NCBI GenBank assembly: GCA_965215195.1
Contig: CBDCDC010000002.1
Coordinates: 1,536,001-1,600,000, forward strand
Origin: Candidatus Latescibacterota bacterium
GTDB lineage: Bacteria; Latescibacterota; UBA2968; UBA8231
Direction: 5' to 3'
Length of the DNA: 64,000 nt
Shown: piece after piece, positions 30,638 through 39,150 of the stretch
How the letters are laid out: every line of letters begins with the position of its first letter
Position numbering within the stretch: position 1 is the stretch's first letter
Notes under the pieces: generated by a model
Told to the model about the DNA's origin: nothing
What the model saw: only the letters and a program-made list of their open reading frames with translations
Database searches by the model: none
Program-made: the position numbers and the translations under genes

Positions 30638-31501
30638 ATGGACAATTTTCATCTCAGATGGTGGGGCTGCGGTGCGTTCGACGTCCTCCTCGACGACGTC
30701 AACATCGCCTTCGATCCCTATCTATTCGGCGAAAATCTCGCCAAGGCCGAAGCCGTTTACGACTATATCTTCATAAGTCACGAGCACTTCGACCACTGCC
30801 ATCCCCAAACCCTGCGCAAGCTCTGCCAAGGCGATCGCTTTAAGAAGCTCTTCGTTCCCATTGGCTGCTTGACCCCCAACGAGCCCATTGACGAGCAGTA
30901 CGGCGATGCGGCCTTCGCCCGGGATCTGCCCATCACCAAGCACATCCCGGCGGACCTAGTACAAGTGGCCTATCCCCATCCCAAGTACATGGCCGACGAC
31001 AAGCGCAGCTTTCCCGGTCCCTTTGAATTCGACTTGGGGCCGATCCACGTGGAGGTGATCGAAAGCGGAGAAAGCGCCCGACCCGACCTCCCGACCTGCG
31101 GTTATTTAGTCGCGCACGCAGAAAAGGATCTCTCCTTCTACCACACCGGCGATTTGGGCGCTGTATTCCCGGCGCTAAAAAAACTAAAGGGACGGGTGGA
31201 CTACCTCATCCACATGAAGACGCCCCTCGGCGAGCTGGTCGATTACGTCGAACCTCAATTCGTCGTTCCCACGCACTACCGCACCGACCGCGAGACCGAG
31301 CCCATTCCCGCCGGCCACTGGCCGCCCAATCTGACGGATGTCAACGCCTTTCTCGAAGACTTGCGAGAGCAAGTCGAAGGCCGGGCCCAGCTCCTTCCCT
31401 TCACCGCCCCCATTCTATACGAAGTAGAAATGCCGCAAAAAAAGGTGAAGTGGGAGTGGGAATGGTTCAATTCTTGGACCGTTCCCCTGTGGAGGGACTG
31501 A
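30638..31501 (+). CDS. Metallo-beta-lactamase fold hydrolase (UlaG-like)
   Basis: FDPY, ISHEHFDHCH (HxHxDH), FYHTGD, VPTHY. Confidence 0.85.
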   Translation: MDNFHLRWWGCGAFDVLLDDVNIAFDPYLFGENLAKAEAVYDYIFISHEHFDHCHPQTLRKLCQGDRFKKLFVPIGCLTPNEPIDEQYGDAAFARDLPITKHIPADLVQVAYPHPKYMADDKRSFPGPFEFDLGPIHVEVIESGESARPDLPTCGYLVAHAEKDLSFYHTGDLGAVFPALKKLKGRVDYLIHMKTPLGELVDYVEPQFVVPTHYRTDRETEPIPAGHWPPNLTDVNAFLEDLREQVEGRAQLLPFTAPILYEVEMPQKKVKWEWEWFNSWTVPLWRD

Positions 31502-33607
31502 ATGAAAATTTGCTGCTTTTTGGCGGTCGCGCTTTCGTGGTCCGCTGCCCTCGCACAGACCATCACCGTTGGCCAAGGTCCGCGGCAGTGGCAGGACGGA
31601 GGCGGAGGGATCAACCCGCAGTTCCCAGTATCGACCACCGAACTCGCCACCGGCAACACCCCGGGCGGCGTCATTGATTTCGATTCCGAACCTGGGTGGA
31701 TCTTCCTGCAGCAGATTGATCCCGGCAGGAATCTGGCCCTCGGTGCGGAGGACAGAGGTGGGGGCATGAGCTCGCCCCTGCCCTCGATCTCCGATCTAGC
31801 GCTAGAGTCCATGATAGACGGCAAGTCGGAAACCGCTTTTCGCCGCAAGGCTACGACGGCCGGAGCGTTAGTCATCGCCCGCGGCATCATTATGGATTTG
31901 GACCTGGGGGCGCGCTTTGGCGTCAACCGGATCCGGTTCTTTCCGCGCAACACCGTGCGCGAGGCCCCGGACTTCAAGTTTGAAAACGACTTCATGCGGG
32001 GCTACTCCTTGGCCCTAAACGACGGCAGCGAGGAGACCTCGGTAGAGGGCCGACCGCAGTACCTCAATCTCATAAGGGTGGAGGACAATATCGAAGCGGT
32101 CGTCGATCTAAAAATCCCGCTCCAGTACGTGCGCTTTATCCGGCTCAAGTCCGAGTCGAATATCGGTTTTGAGGTCGACGAAATCGAGACCTACGGCTCT
32201 GGTTTCGTGCCCGAAGCCCAGTACCTGTCCGACATCTTCGACTTGCAGGATCTGGCCATCTGGGGCAACCTGCGCTGGGCCGAGCGCCGCGAAGGCGTAC
32301 CCGGGCTTTCGGATATCCGCGTTTTCACGCGCTCGGGCCGCGACGAAACCCCCTACGTCTTCAACCGGCTGAACGCCAATCAGCTAGGCGTGCCTTGGAA
32401 GGCGGATGCCCAAGTCGATGAAATCCTCCTAGACGCCCTGTCCGTTGACGAGGCTTTTGACCTGTTCAATTCCCAGCCCCAAGCAACTAGGCAAAACCTC
32501 ATTCTCTCCCAAGCCGACTACGAAGCCCTCGCAGACCAGCAAAAAGCGCCCTTGAGAGACGATGTGGTCAACTGGAGCACTTGGTCCCCCCCCTATCCGG
32601 CAGAGGGACGGAGTGCGGTGGGGACCCCCATCATCTCGCCGGGACCGCGGCGCTACTTCCAGTTCAGAATCGACTTTGCCAGCCGCGATCTGAGTTCGGG
32701 CAGCGGCGTTGATTCCCTGTCTTTCGATTTTGCCAGCCCCGTGCCGGCCGAGCGCATCGTCGGCGAAATTTTCCCCCGGGATGTGCCGGCCGGCGAAGTG
32801 GTGGAATTCACCTATGGAATCTGGGCCGGGCTGCGGCCGCAGGACACCAGCTTCAATCGCTTTGAGATCGCCACGCCGAGCGTCCTCGAAGAGATCGGCC
32901 GCATAGAACTGCGCGATGCACAGGACCATCTCATCCGCGGAGAGGATCTCGCGGTCCGACTCAGCGAGATCCAGCCCCCCTTTATCAGGGGCGACTTCAG
33001 CATCGAGAGCGCGGCCGACGGTCGCGTCGTCGTCGGTTTCCCGCCATTGACCAATGGCGATCTTCTCAAGATCACCTTCAAGACCTCGGTGCTGAGGTTC
33101 GGGCAGACCTTTGCCGGCCGCGCCTTCCTCGCGGACCCGGCGCGCGAGGAAGGGGGCCAACTGCCCCAGCAAGTCGTGCCGGGCAACGCCGCCCAGCTCG
33201 CGCCAGATGACGTGGATCCGCGCCCGGTGGGCAGCGAAGATCTGACCTTGGTGGATAATAGCCTCTCGGTGCGCACGGCCATCGAGGGTTCGCTGCTCGG
33301 CCAGATCCGGGTAGTGCCCCCGACCTTCACCCCCAACCGGGACGGAGTCAATGATGCCGCGGTTATCCACTACGATGTGCTGCGGCTGGGCGTGGCCGCT
33401 CCGCTGCGGGTAGAGATCTGCGATCTGAGCGGCCGCTCAATCGCCGCCTTTGCCAACGACCGGGCGAGCGGCCGCTTCTCGATTGGGTGGGACGGGAGCG
33501 ATTCGCACGGCAACGCAGTGCCGCCCGGCCTCTACTTGTTCCGCGTTTTTCTCGACACCAATGCAGGCTCTGACGCAAAGACCGGGGTCGTTGGGGTGGT
33601 GTACTGA
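31502..33607 (+). CDS. Secreted FlgD-Ig-tail protein (paralog 3)
   Basis: Signal peptide; LDLGARFGVNRIRFFP, EIETYGSGFVP, TRSGRD, WSTWS, ISPGPRRYFQ, FTPNRDGVND, PPGLYLFRV. Confidence 0.85.
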   Translation: MKICCFLAVALSWSAALAQTITVGQGPRQWQDGGGGINPQFPVSTTELATGNTPGGVIDFDSEPGWIFLQQIDPGRNLALGAEDRGGGMSSPLPSISDLALESMIDGKSETAFRRKATTAGALVIARGIIMDLDLGARFGVNRIRFFPRNTVREAPDFKFENDFMRGYSLALNDGSEETSVEGRPQYLNLIRVEDNIEAVVDLKIPLQYVRFIRLKSESNIGFEVDEIETYGSGFVPEAQYLSDIFDLQDLAIWGNLRWAERREGVPGLSDIRVFTRSGRDETPYVFNRLNANQLGVPWKADAQVDEILLDALSVDEAFDLFNSQPQATRQNLILSQADYEALADQQKAPLRDDVVNWSTWSPPYPAEGRSAVGTPIISPGPRRYFQFRIDFASRDLSSGSGVDSLSFDFASPVPAERIVGEIFPRDVPAGEVVEFTYGIWAGLRPQDTSFNRFEIATPSVLEEIGRIELRDAQDHLIRGEDLAVRLSEIQPPFIRGDFSIESAADGRVVVGFPPLTNGDLLKITFKTSVLRFGQTFAGRAFLADPAREEGGQLPQQVVPGNAAQLAPDDVDPRPVGSEDLTLVDNSLSVRTAIEGSLLGQIRVVPPTFTPNRDGVNDAAVIHYDVLRLGVAAPLRVEICDLSGRSIAAFANDRASGRFSIGWDGSDSHGNAVPPGLYLFRVFLDTNAGSDAKTGVVGVVY

Positions 33608-33688
33608 ATTTCGCGGCTTTTGCCAAGCGGCTGGAGCGCAACCTAGAAGTTTTCGCCGACGCCAAGGCGATCTGCGGAGGGATTTTTC

Positions 33689-36424
33689 ATGCAGCACTAC
33701 TTGACGCATCTGCTGGCCGGCGGGCTAGTCCTCGCGTGCCTAGATGGGGTCTGGGCGCAGGATTACGGCACCCGCTTGGGGGTGCAGCGCGGGGGTCGAG
33801 TCTCGTACGAACCGCAGGGGCCGGGCGTGCTCTTTGGCGCACTGGATCCCACGGTCAAGCGCTGGTACGTGCCCCAAGAACTCTACAGCGAGTACCGCTG
33901 GCAGACGTGGCAGTACACCAACTACGCACGCGACAAGTACCAGCGCTACGTATCCACGGCCCTCGAAGGCGATTACCTCTACGACCTGTACGGCAACTTT
34001 GTCACGCAGGGTTGGCTGATTTACGATATGCGCCGACAACAGCCCGCCGAATTCGGCAGCACGGTTTTTAAGGACAGCCGCTACGGCGGCTGGTTCAACC
34101 GCGTCCTCATCGCTTCGGACACCAAGGACCAGTACCACTACGCCGTGACGATCGGCGACCGCATCCGCACGACCCTGACGCCCCTGACCTTCTCAAAGCC
34201 GGCCTTCAGCGGCATCCAAGCCGACTTCGCCTCGGACAAGTACCAAGCCACGGTCCTCATGTCGCGCATCAGCAACCCCAACCCCCCTACTAGCGCCGGG
34301 GTGACGGGCATAACCAATACCACGGACTTCGTCGGCGGCCAACTCACCGGCCAACTCGGCGATTTTGTCACCGTGGGTGCCACCTACCTCAACGCCCATC
34401 ACTCCAATACCCTGCTGGAGAGCTTTATCGGCAGCCGCTTCCGCGGCGACCTCACTGTCGATCAGAACGGCACCGCCATCAATCGGATCGAAATCGTGCT
34501 CCAAGACGACTCGCCCGCAGACGGAGAGGGCGGGGCCGCCCTGTTCTCGCAGAATGTCATCATCACCTCGGTGGAGGACTTTGCCACCCTCGGCCGCGAG
34601 ACCGTCACCGGCAAGGAGATCAACTTTGTCCCCCTCATCCAAGGCGGTTTTCAACGGCAGGGTTTTCTCGCCGCCGACGGGGATGAGCGCATCCGCCTGA
34701 TCTACGATTTCTCCGACCGCTCGTACTCGGGGCCCGACCCGGCGACCATCGTCGAAGTAACCTTTGAATTAGTGCTGGCCAACGACTACAAGGTGTCCAT
34801 GACCTCGAACAACCAGCTCGACAACGACGAAACCCCCCATCCACTGGAGATCGCCCGGGCCGACGGCAATGTGCGCGACACCTCGAACCAACAGGTGGTG
34901 CGCTTTGCGTACGGCCTGCCCACGGCCAACCAGATTTTCGGCTTGCACCTGCGGACGACTAGGCTACTCGGTTTTGACACCTATGCCGAGTACGCGGTCA
35001 ACCACCAGTTCCGCAAGTACCCCAACTCCACGCTGGGCGAGCTGAACGAGGAGCACGAGTCGTCCGCTAGGCGGGCGGAGGCCTGGATAGTCAATGTGTC
35101 GCGCAGCGAATATCCCTTGTTCGCCTACGGCGAGGCCTTCAGCATGGAACGGCACTATGCGACCCACATTTTTCTCAGCGACCAGCGAGGCTCCTTTGAC
35201 TACTCAACGCGGACTCGGTTATTCGAGTTCGTCGAAGACAACGACGACCAAGACCGCATCCCAGACTGGGGGCGCTCAAACCAGATTGGCCCGGACACCG
35301 AGGTCTTCCCGGGCTGGGACGAGAACAACGACTTTATCAACGACTTCAACCAAAACGACAATCGGGTGCGCGAAAACCAAATTCCCGACTACGAAGAGCC
35401 TTTTTTGCGCTACCACAGCGATCGGCCCGAATTCCTCTTTGGCATCGACTTGAACAACAACGGCTGGATCGACCGCTTTGAAAACGACGAGCAGCCCGAC
35501 TTTCCCTACAAGCGGGACCACCGCGGGTACAATGTGTACGGCGGCCTACACCTCGCGCCGGAAGCGCGCTTGACCATAGGGCGCACTCGGCAGTGGCTGC
35601 TCTCGGCGGCTCAGCGCAACGAAACCAGTTACGCGCTCTTCACCTTGGACCGGGACATGGCCGGCTTTGGGCGCATACGGGTTTTCGACTTCCTAAAAAA
35701 GGCGCGCGACAACATAGCCGACGACCGCATCGCGCCCCTCCCCTATTTCAGAGGGCCGCAGCTACCCGTCAAGGATGTCCTGCCGGCCCAAGACACTTGG
35801 ATCAACACCCTGTGGCTGGGATTTGACTACGCGGGCATCCCCTCCTTAAAGGTGGAAAACAAGCTCAAGTACGAGTTTATGCACCAGTTGCTCGCCGAGG
35901 AGACCTTGGCCGAGCAGAGTGCCCGCAAGGACGCGCACTTCTTCGGCCTGATCAACAAAGCCGCCTATTCCCTGAACCTACTAAGCGTGAATTTCCTGCC
36001 GTCGGTTAAGAGCGAGTACCTAATAGATCAGCCCTTTCTCAAGACGGAAGACAAACGCAAACACTGGTCGCCGAGTTTCTTCCTCATCGCCCGTCTGCCC
36101 CTGATGCCGCGCACCCAGTTTGAGGCCGGCCTCGAACAGAGTTTCAAATGGGAGTTGCGGGCCGACGAGGACGAATTGGTGGAGCTGCGGGCCGAGGGCG
36201 TGGAAACCGGCGATTTCGGCGAGACCATCTTGGCGGTCCAGACCACCAATACCACCGACTACCTCGGCTACAAATTGGTCACCCAGCTCGGTTTTCTGTA
36301 CGAGCGCAGAGGGCTGGAAGTGGTGCAAAAAAGGGCCGTGGAAGGCGCTGACGACGCCTTTGCGCTGGGGGATCGGACGGCGACGGGTTTCACCACCTTT
36401 ATCACCATTTACGCCGGCCTCTAA
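33689..36424 (+). CDS. Large exported protein with Dx[DN]xDG Ca-binding motifs and probable C-terminal beta-barrel (copy A)
   Basis: Signal peptide ending WA-QDYG; DNDDQDRIPD, PGWDENNDFINDFNQNDN, GIDLNNNGWIDRFE; amphipathic strands; ends FITIYAGL. Confidence 0.75.
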   Translation: MQHYLTHLLAGGLVLACLDGVWAQDYGTRLGVQRGGRVSYEPQGPGVLFGALDPTVKRWYVPQELYSEYRWQTWQYTNYARDKYQRYVSTALEGDYLYDLYGNFVTQGWLIYDMRRQQPAEFGSTVFKDSRYGGWFNRVLIASDTKDQYHYAVTIGDRIRTTLTPLTFSKPAFSGIQADFASDKYQATVLMSRISNPNPPTSAGVTGITNTTDFVGGQLTGQLGDFVTVGATYLNAHHSNTLLESFIGSRFRGDLTVDQNGTAINRIEIVLQDDSPADGEGGAALFSQNVIITSVEDFATLGRETVTGKEINFVPLIQGGFQRQGFLAADGDERIRLIYDFSDRSYSGPDPATIVEVTFELVLANDYKVSMTSNNQLDNDETPHPLEIARADGNVRDTSNQQVVRFAYGLPTANQIFGLHLRTTRLLGFDTYAEYAVNHQFRKYPNSTLGELNEEHESSARRAEAWIVNVSRSEYPLFAYGEAFSMERHYATHIFLSDQRGSFDYSTRTRLFEFVEDNDDQDRIPDWGRSNQIGPDTEVFPGWDENNDFINDFNQNDNRVRENQIPDYEEPFLRYHSDRPEFLFGIDLNNNGWIDRFENDEQPDFPYKRDHRGYNVYGGLHLAPEARLTIGRTRQWLLSAAQRNETSYALFTLDRDMAGFGRIRVFDFLKKARDNIADDRIAPLPYFRGPQLPVKDVLPAQDTWINTLWLGFDYAGIPSLKVENKLKYEFMHQLLAEETLAEQSARKDAHFFGLINKAAYSLNLLSVNFLPSVKSEYLIDQPFLKTEDKRKHWSPSFFLIARLPLMPRTQFEAGLEQSFKWELRADEDELVELRAEGVETGDFGETILAVQTTNTTDYLGYKLVTQLGFLYERRGLEVVQKRAVEGADDAFALGDRTATGFTTFITIYAGL

Positions 36425-39138
36425 TGATGCGCGAGACCCTCTCCGCCCTTGCGCTCCTAACACTGGCTGGGACCAGCGTCAGTGCCCAAGACTACGGCAA
36501 TCGCTTGGGGCAGGGGCGCGGCGAAGACGTGCAATTCCCGACCACGGGCCCCAGCATCCTCTCGGCTGCGCTCGATCCCCGGGTGCAAAAGTGGTACTTG
36601 CCCCAGGAACTCTACGGCGAATACCGGCTGAATCAGTGGTCGTACACCAACTACGCGAGGGATTTCTACCGGCGCTACCTGCAGCCAGACTTGGAAGGGG
36701 ACTACTTCTACGATCTGTTTGGCCGCCGCGTCATGCACGGGTGGCTGATCTACGAGGCGAGAAAAGAACAACCCCGAGCCTCGGAGGGCAACAGCCTGCT
36801 CAAATCCCCGCTCTACGGCGGCAATTTTCAGAACTTGACCATCTCTTCCGACGCCAAGGGACAGTACCGCTACGCCCTGACCGTCGGCAACGAGATTCGC
36901 ACCACTCTCACGCCCATGACTTTCAACAAGGCCGTCTTCAACGGCATCCAGTTCGATTATCTGGCGGACCGCTACGCCGGCACCGTGCTCCTTTCGCGCG
37001 TCAGCGCACCGCTGGTGGCCACCTCGGACTTTGGCGTGGGACTCACCAACGCCACAGAATTGAAAGCCGGACGGGCAACGGTCCAAGTCGGCGACCGCGT
37101 CACCCTCGGCGGCACCTACGTCAACACCCACAACAGCCGCGCCACCCTAGAGCGCTTTGCCGGCAATATGTTCAAGGGCTTTCTCACCACCGATCAGGCC
37201 GCCAACGCCGTCTCCTTCGTGGAAATCCGCCTCGGCGACGATTCGCCCGCAGATGGCGAGGGCGGGGCCATTCTCTTTGCCGAAAACGCCATCCTCGAGG
37301 ACGTCACTGGCCACACTTGGGAAAGCACCCAAGTCGGTTATACCCCGGTGCGGACGGGCGGCCAGTTGCGCGATGGGTTTCCCGTGGCCGACGGCAACGA
37401 GCGCATGATCCTGCGCTACAACCTCGAAACCCTCGCTGCGGCGAGAATTGTGCAGGTTGATGGCGAGCCTAGCCTATCGCCCACCACAGTTGATTCCCTC
37501 GCCGAGGTGCGCTTCGAATTGGTGCTGGCCAACGACTACCGGATCGAGATTACCTCGGACCGCCAGACCAACATCGAGGGCCAACCAGTCTTTCTGCCGG
37601 TGCAGAGCGCTCCGCGCAACGTCAAGGACACCTCCAATCGGCGCACCGTGCGCTTCGACTACGGCCTGCCCACGGCCAATCAGATCGCTGGTTTCACCGC
37701 AGCGGTCCACGAATTGTGGGGCTTCAACCTGTACGCGGAAGTGAACGTCAACCACCGCTTTGTCCAGTATCCCAGCCCGCTGCTGGAGACCCATCGGATC
37801 GCCGCCAAGAGGGCGGACGCATGGATGGTCAATCTGTCGCAGATTCGCTCCCCCTATTTTTTTCACCTCGAAGCTTTCAGCATGGATCCAAATTACACCA
37901 CGAGCATCTTTATGACCGAGACCAACGGGCGGACCGACTTTGCCGACGAAGAGACCTTTTTCTACGACTACGTCGACGACAACGACGACCAAGACCGCTT
38001 TCCCGACCAGAAGCGCCGCTGGCAGTCAATCGCGCTGAGCGGCAGCCAGACCGGCGAAGGCGCGGCCGACCCGTCCGTATTCCCCGGTTGGGACGAAAAC
38101 GGCGACTTCATCTCGGACTTCAACCAGAACGACAACCCAGTGCGCCGCAACTCGATTGCGGACTACGAGGAGCCCTTCCTGCGCTTTAGCGCCGATCGGC
38201 CGGAGTTTCTCTTTGGCATCGATCTCAACAACAACGGCTGGATCGACCGCTTTGAAGACGACGCCGACCCGGATTATCCCTACGACCGGGATCACCGGGG
38301 CTACAATGTGTACGGCGGCGTCGACGTGCTTCCCCAGATGCGCCTGACGGCCGGGCAGACGCGGCAGTGGCGGCTGTCCTCGGGCCGGCGCAGCGAGGTA
38401 GCGTACGGGCTTTTCACCTTTGAGCGCGATTGGGCCGCCTTGGGCCGGCTGCGCGTCTTCGAGCACGTGAAGAAAGTGCGCGACAACATAGCGGACGACC
38501 GCATTGCCGCGCCGAAATTCTTCCGCGATTCCCAAGCTACGGTCGAAGACCCGCTGCCGGCTCAGAACACTTGGATTAATACATTCTGGCTGGGCTTTGA
38601 CTACGCGCGCCTAGCTCCATTGTACCTGTCCAACAAGTTCAAGTACGAATTCCTCCACCAGCGCGACAAACAGCAGGTACTCGACGAGCGCGGCGCACGG
38701 CGCAATGCGCGCTTTGTCGGCTTGGTCAACAAGGCGGATTGTGGCTTTGCGGTCGGCAAGTTCCACGTCCGACCGCGCCTCAAAAACGAATTCTTCTGGG
38801 ACGTCCCCTACCTAAAGGAGGCGGAGAAACGCCACTGGTGGAAGCAGATGCTATCCCTCAGCGTCAAATTCCCCATCCTCAAACGCTCGTGGATCGAGAC
38901 GGGCCTGGAGCAGGTATTCACCACCGACTTGGGGGTGGCAGCCGGGCTGCACACGGGCGATGCGCGCCAGACGGTTCTGGCGTTGCAGCTAACCAATTAC
39001 GGGACCTACGTGGGCTATCGCTCGATCATGCAGTTTGGCCTGCGCTACGACCGGGACCGATTTGAGCGCCGCGGTGCGAAGCCCGAGACCAAGACGGGCA
39101 GCCTCGTCTTTCTCTCTTTCTACACCGGGCTAAAATAG
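36424..39138 (+). CDS. Large exported protein, paralog of 33689-36424 (copy B)
   Basis: TAATG overlap; same motif order (WY.PQELY.EYR, YTNYARD, LEGDY.YDL, DDSPADGEGGA, YGLPTANQI, DYEEPFLR..DRPEFLFGIDLNNNGWIDRFE); ends FLSFYTGLK. Confidence 0.75.
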   Translation: MMRETLSALALLTLAGTSVSAQDYGNRLGQGRGEDVQFPTTGPSILSAALDPRVQKWYLPQELYGEYRLNQWSYTNYARDFYRRYLQPDLEGDYFYDLFGRRVMHGWLIYEARKEQPRASEGNSLLKSPLYGGNFQNLTISSDAKGQYRYALTVGNEIRTTLTPMTFNKAVFNGIQFDYLADRYAGTVLLSRVSAPLVATSDFGVGLTNATELKAGRATVQVGDRVTLGGTYVNTHNSRATLERFAGNMFKGFLTTDQAANAVSFVEIRLGDDSPADGEGGAILFAENAILEDVTGHTWESTQVGYTPVRTGGQLRDGFPVADGNERMILRYNLETLAAARIVQVDGEPSLSPTTVDSLAEVRFELVLANDYRIEITSDRQTNIEGQPVFLPVQSAPRNVKDTSNRRTVRFDYGLPTANQIAGFTAAVHELWGFNLYAEVNVNHRFVQYPSPLLETHRIAAKRADAWMVNLSQIRSPYFFHLEAFSMDPNYTTSIFMTETNGRTDFADEETFFYDYVDDNDDQDRFPDQKRRWQSIALSGSQTGEGAADPSVFPGWDENGDFISDFNQNDNPVRRNSIADYEEPFLRFSADRPEFLFGIDLNNNGWIDRFEDDADPDYPYDRDHRGYNVYGGVDVLPQMRLTAGQTRQWRLSSGRRSEVAYGLFTFERDWAALGRLRVFEHVKKVRDNIADDRIAAPKFFRDSQATVEDPLPAQNTWINTFWLGFDYARLAPLYLSNKFKYEFLHQRDKQQVLDERGARRNARFVGLVNKADCGFAVGKFHVRPRLKNEFFWDVPYLKEAEKRHWWKQMLSLSVKFPILKRSWIETGLEQVFTTDLGVAAGLHTGDARQTVLALQLTNYGTYVGYRSIMQFGLRYDRDRFERRGAKPETKTGSLVFLSFYTGLK

Positions 39139-39150
39139 AAAAGGTGTACC

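Noticed and set aside
36120-37460. 446-aa alternative-frame ORF across the twin genes
   Set aside because: GC-rich shadow frame with no motifs.
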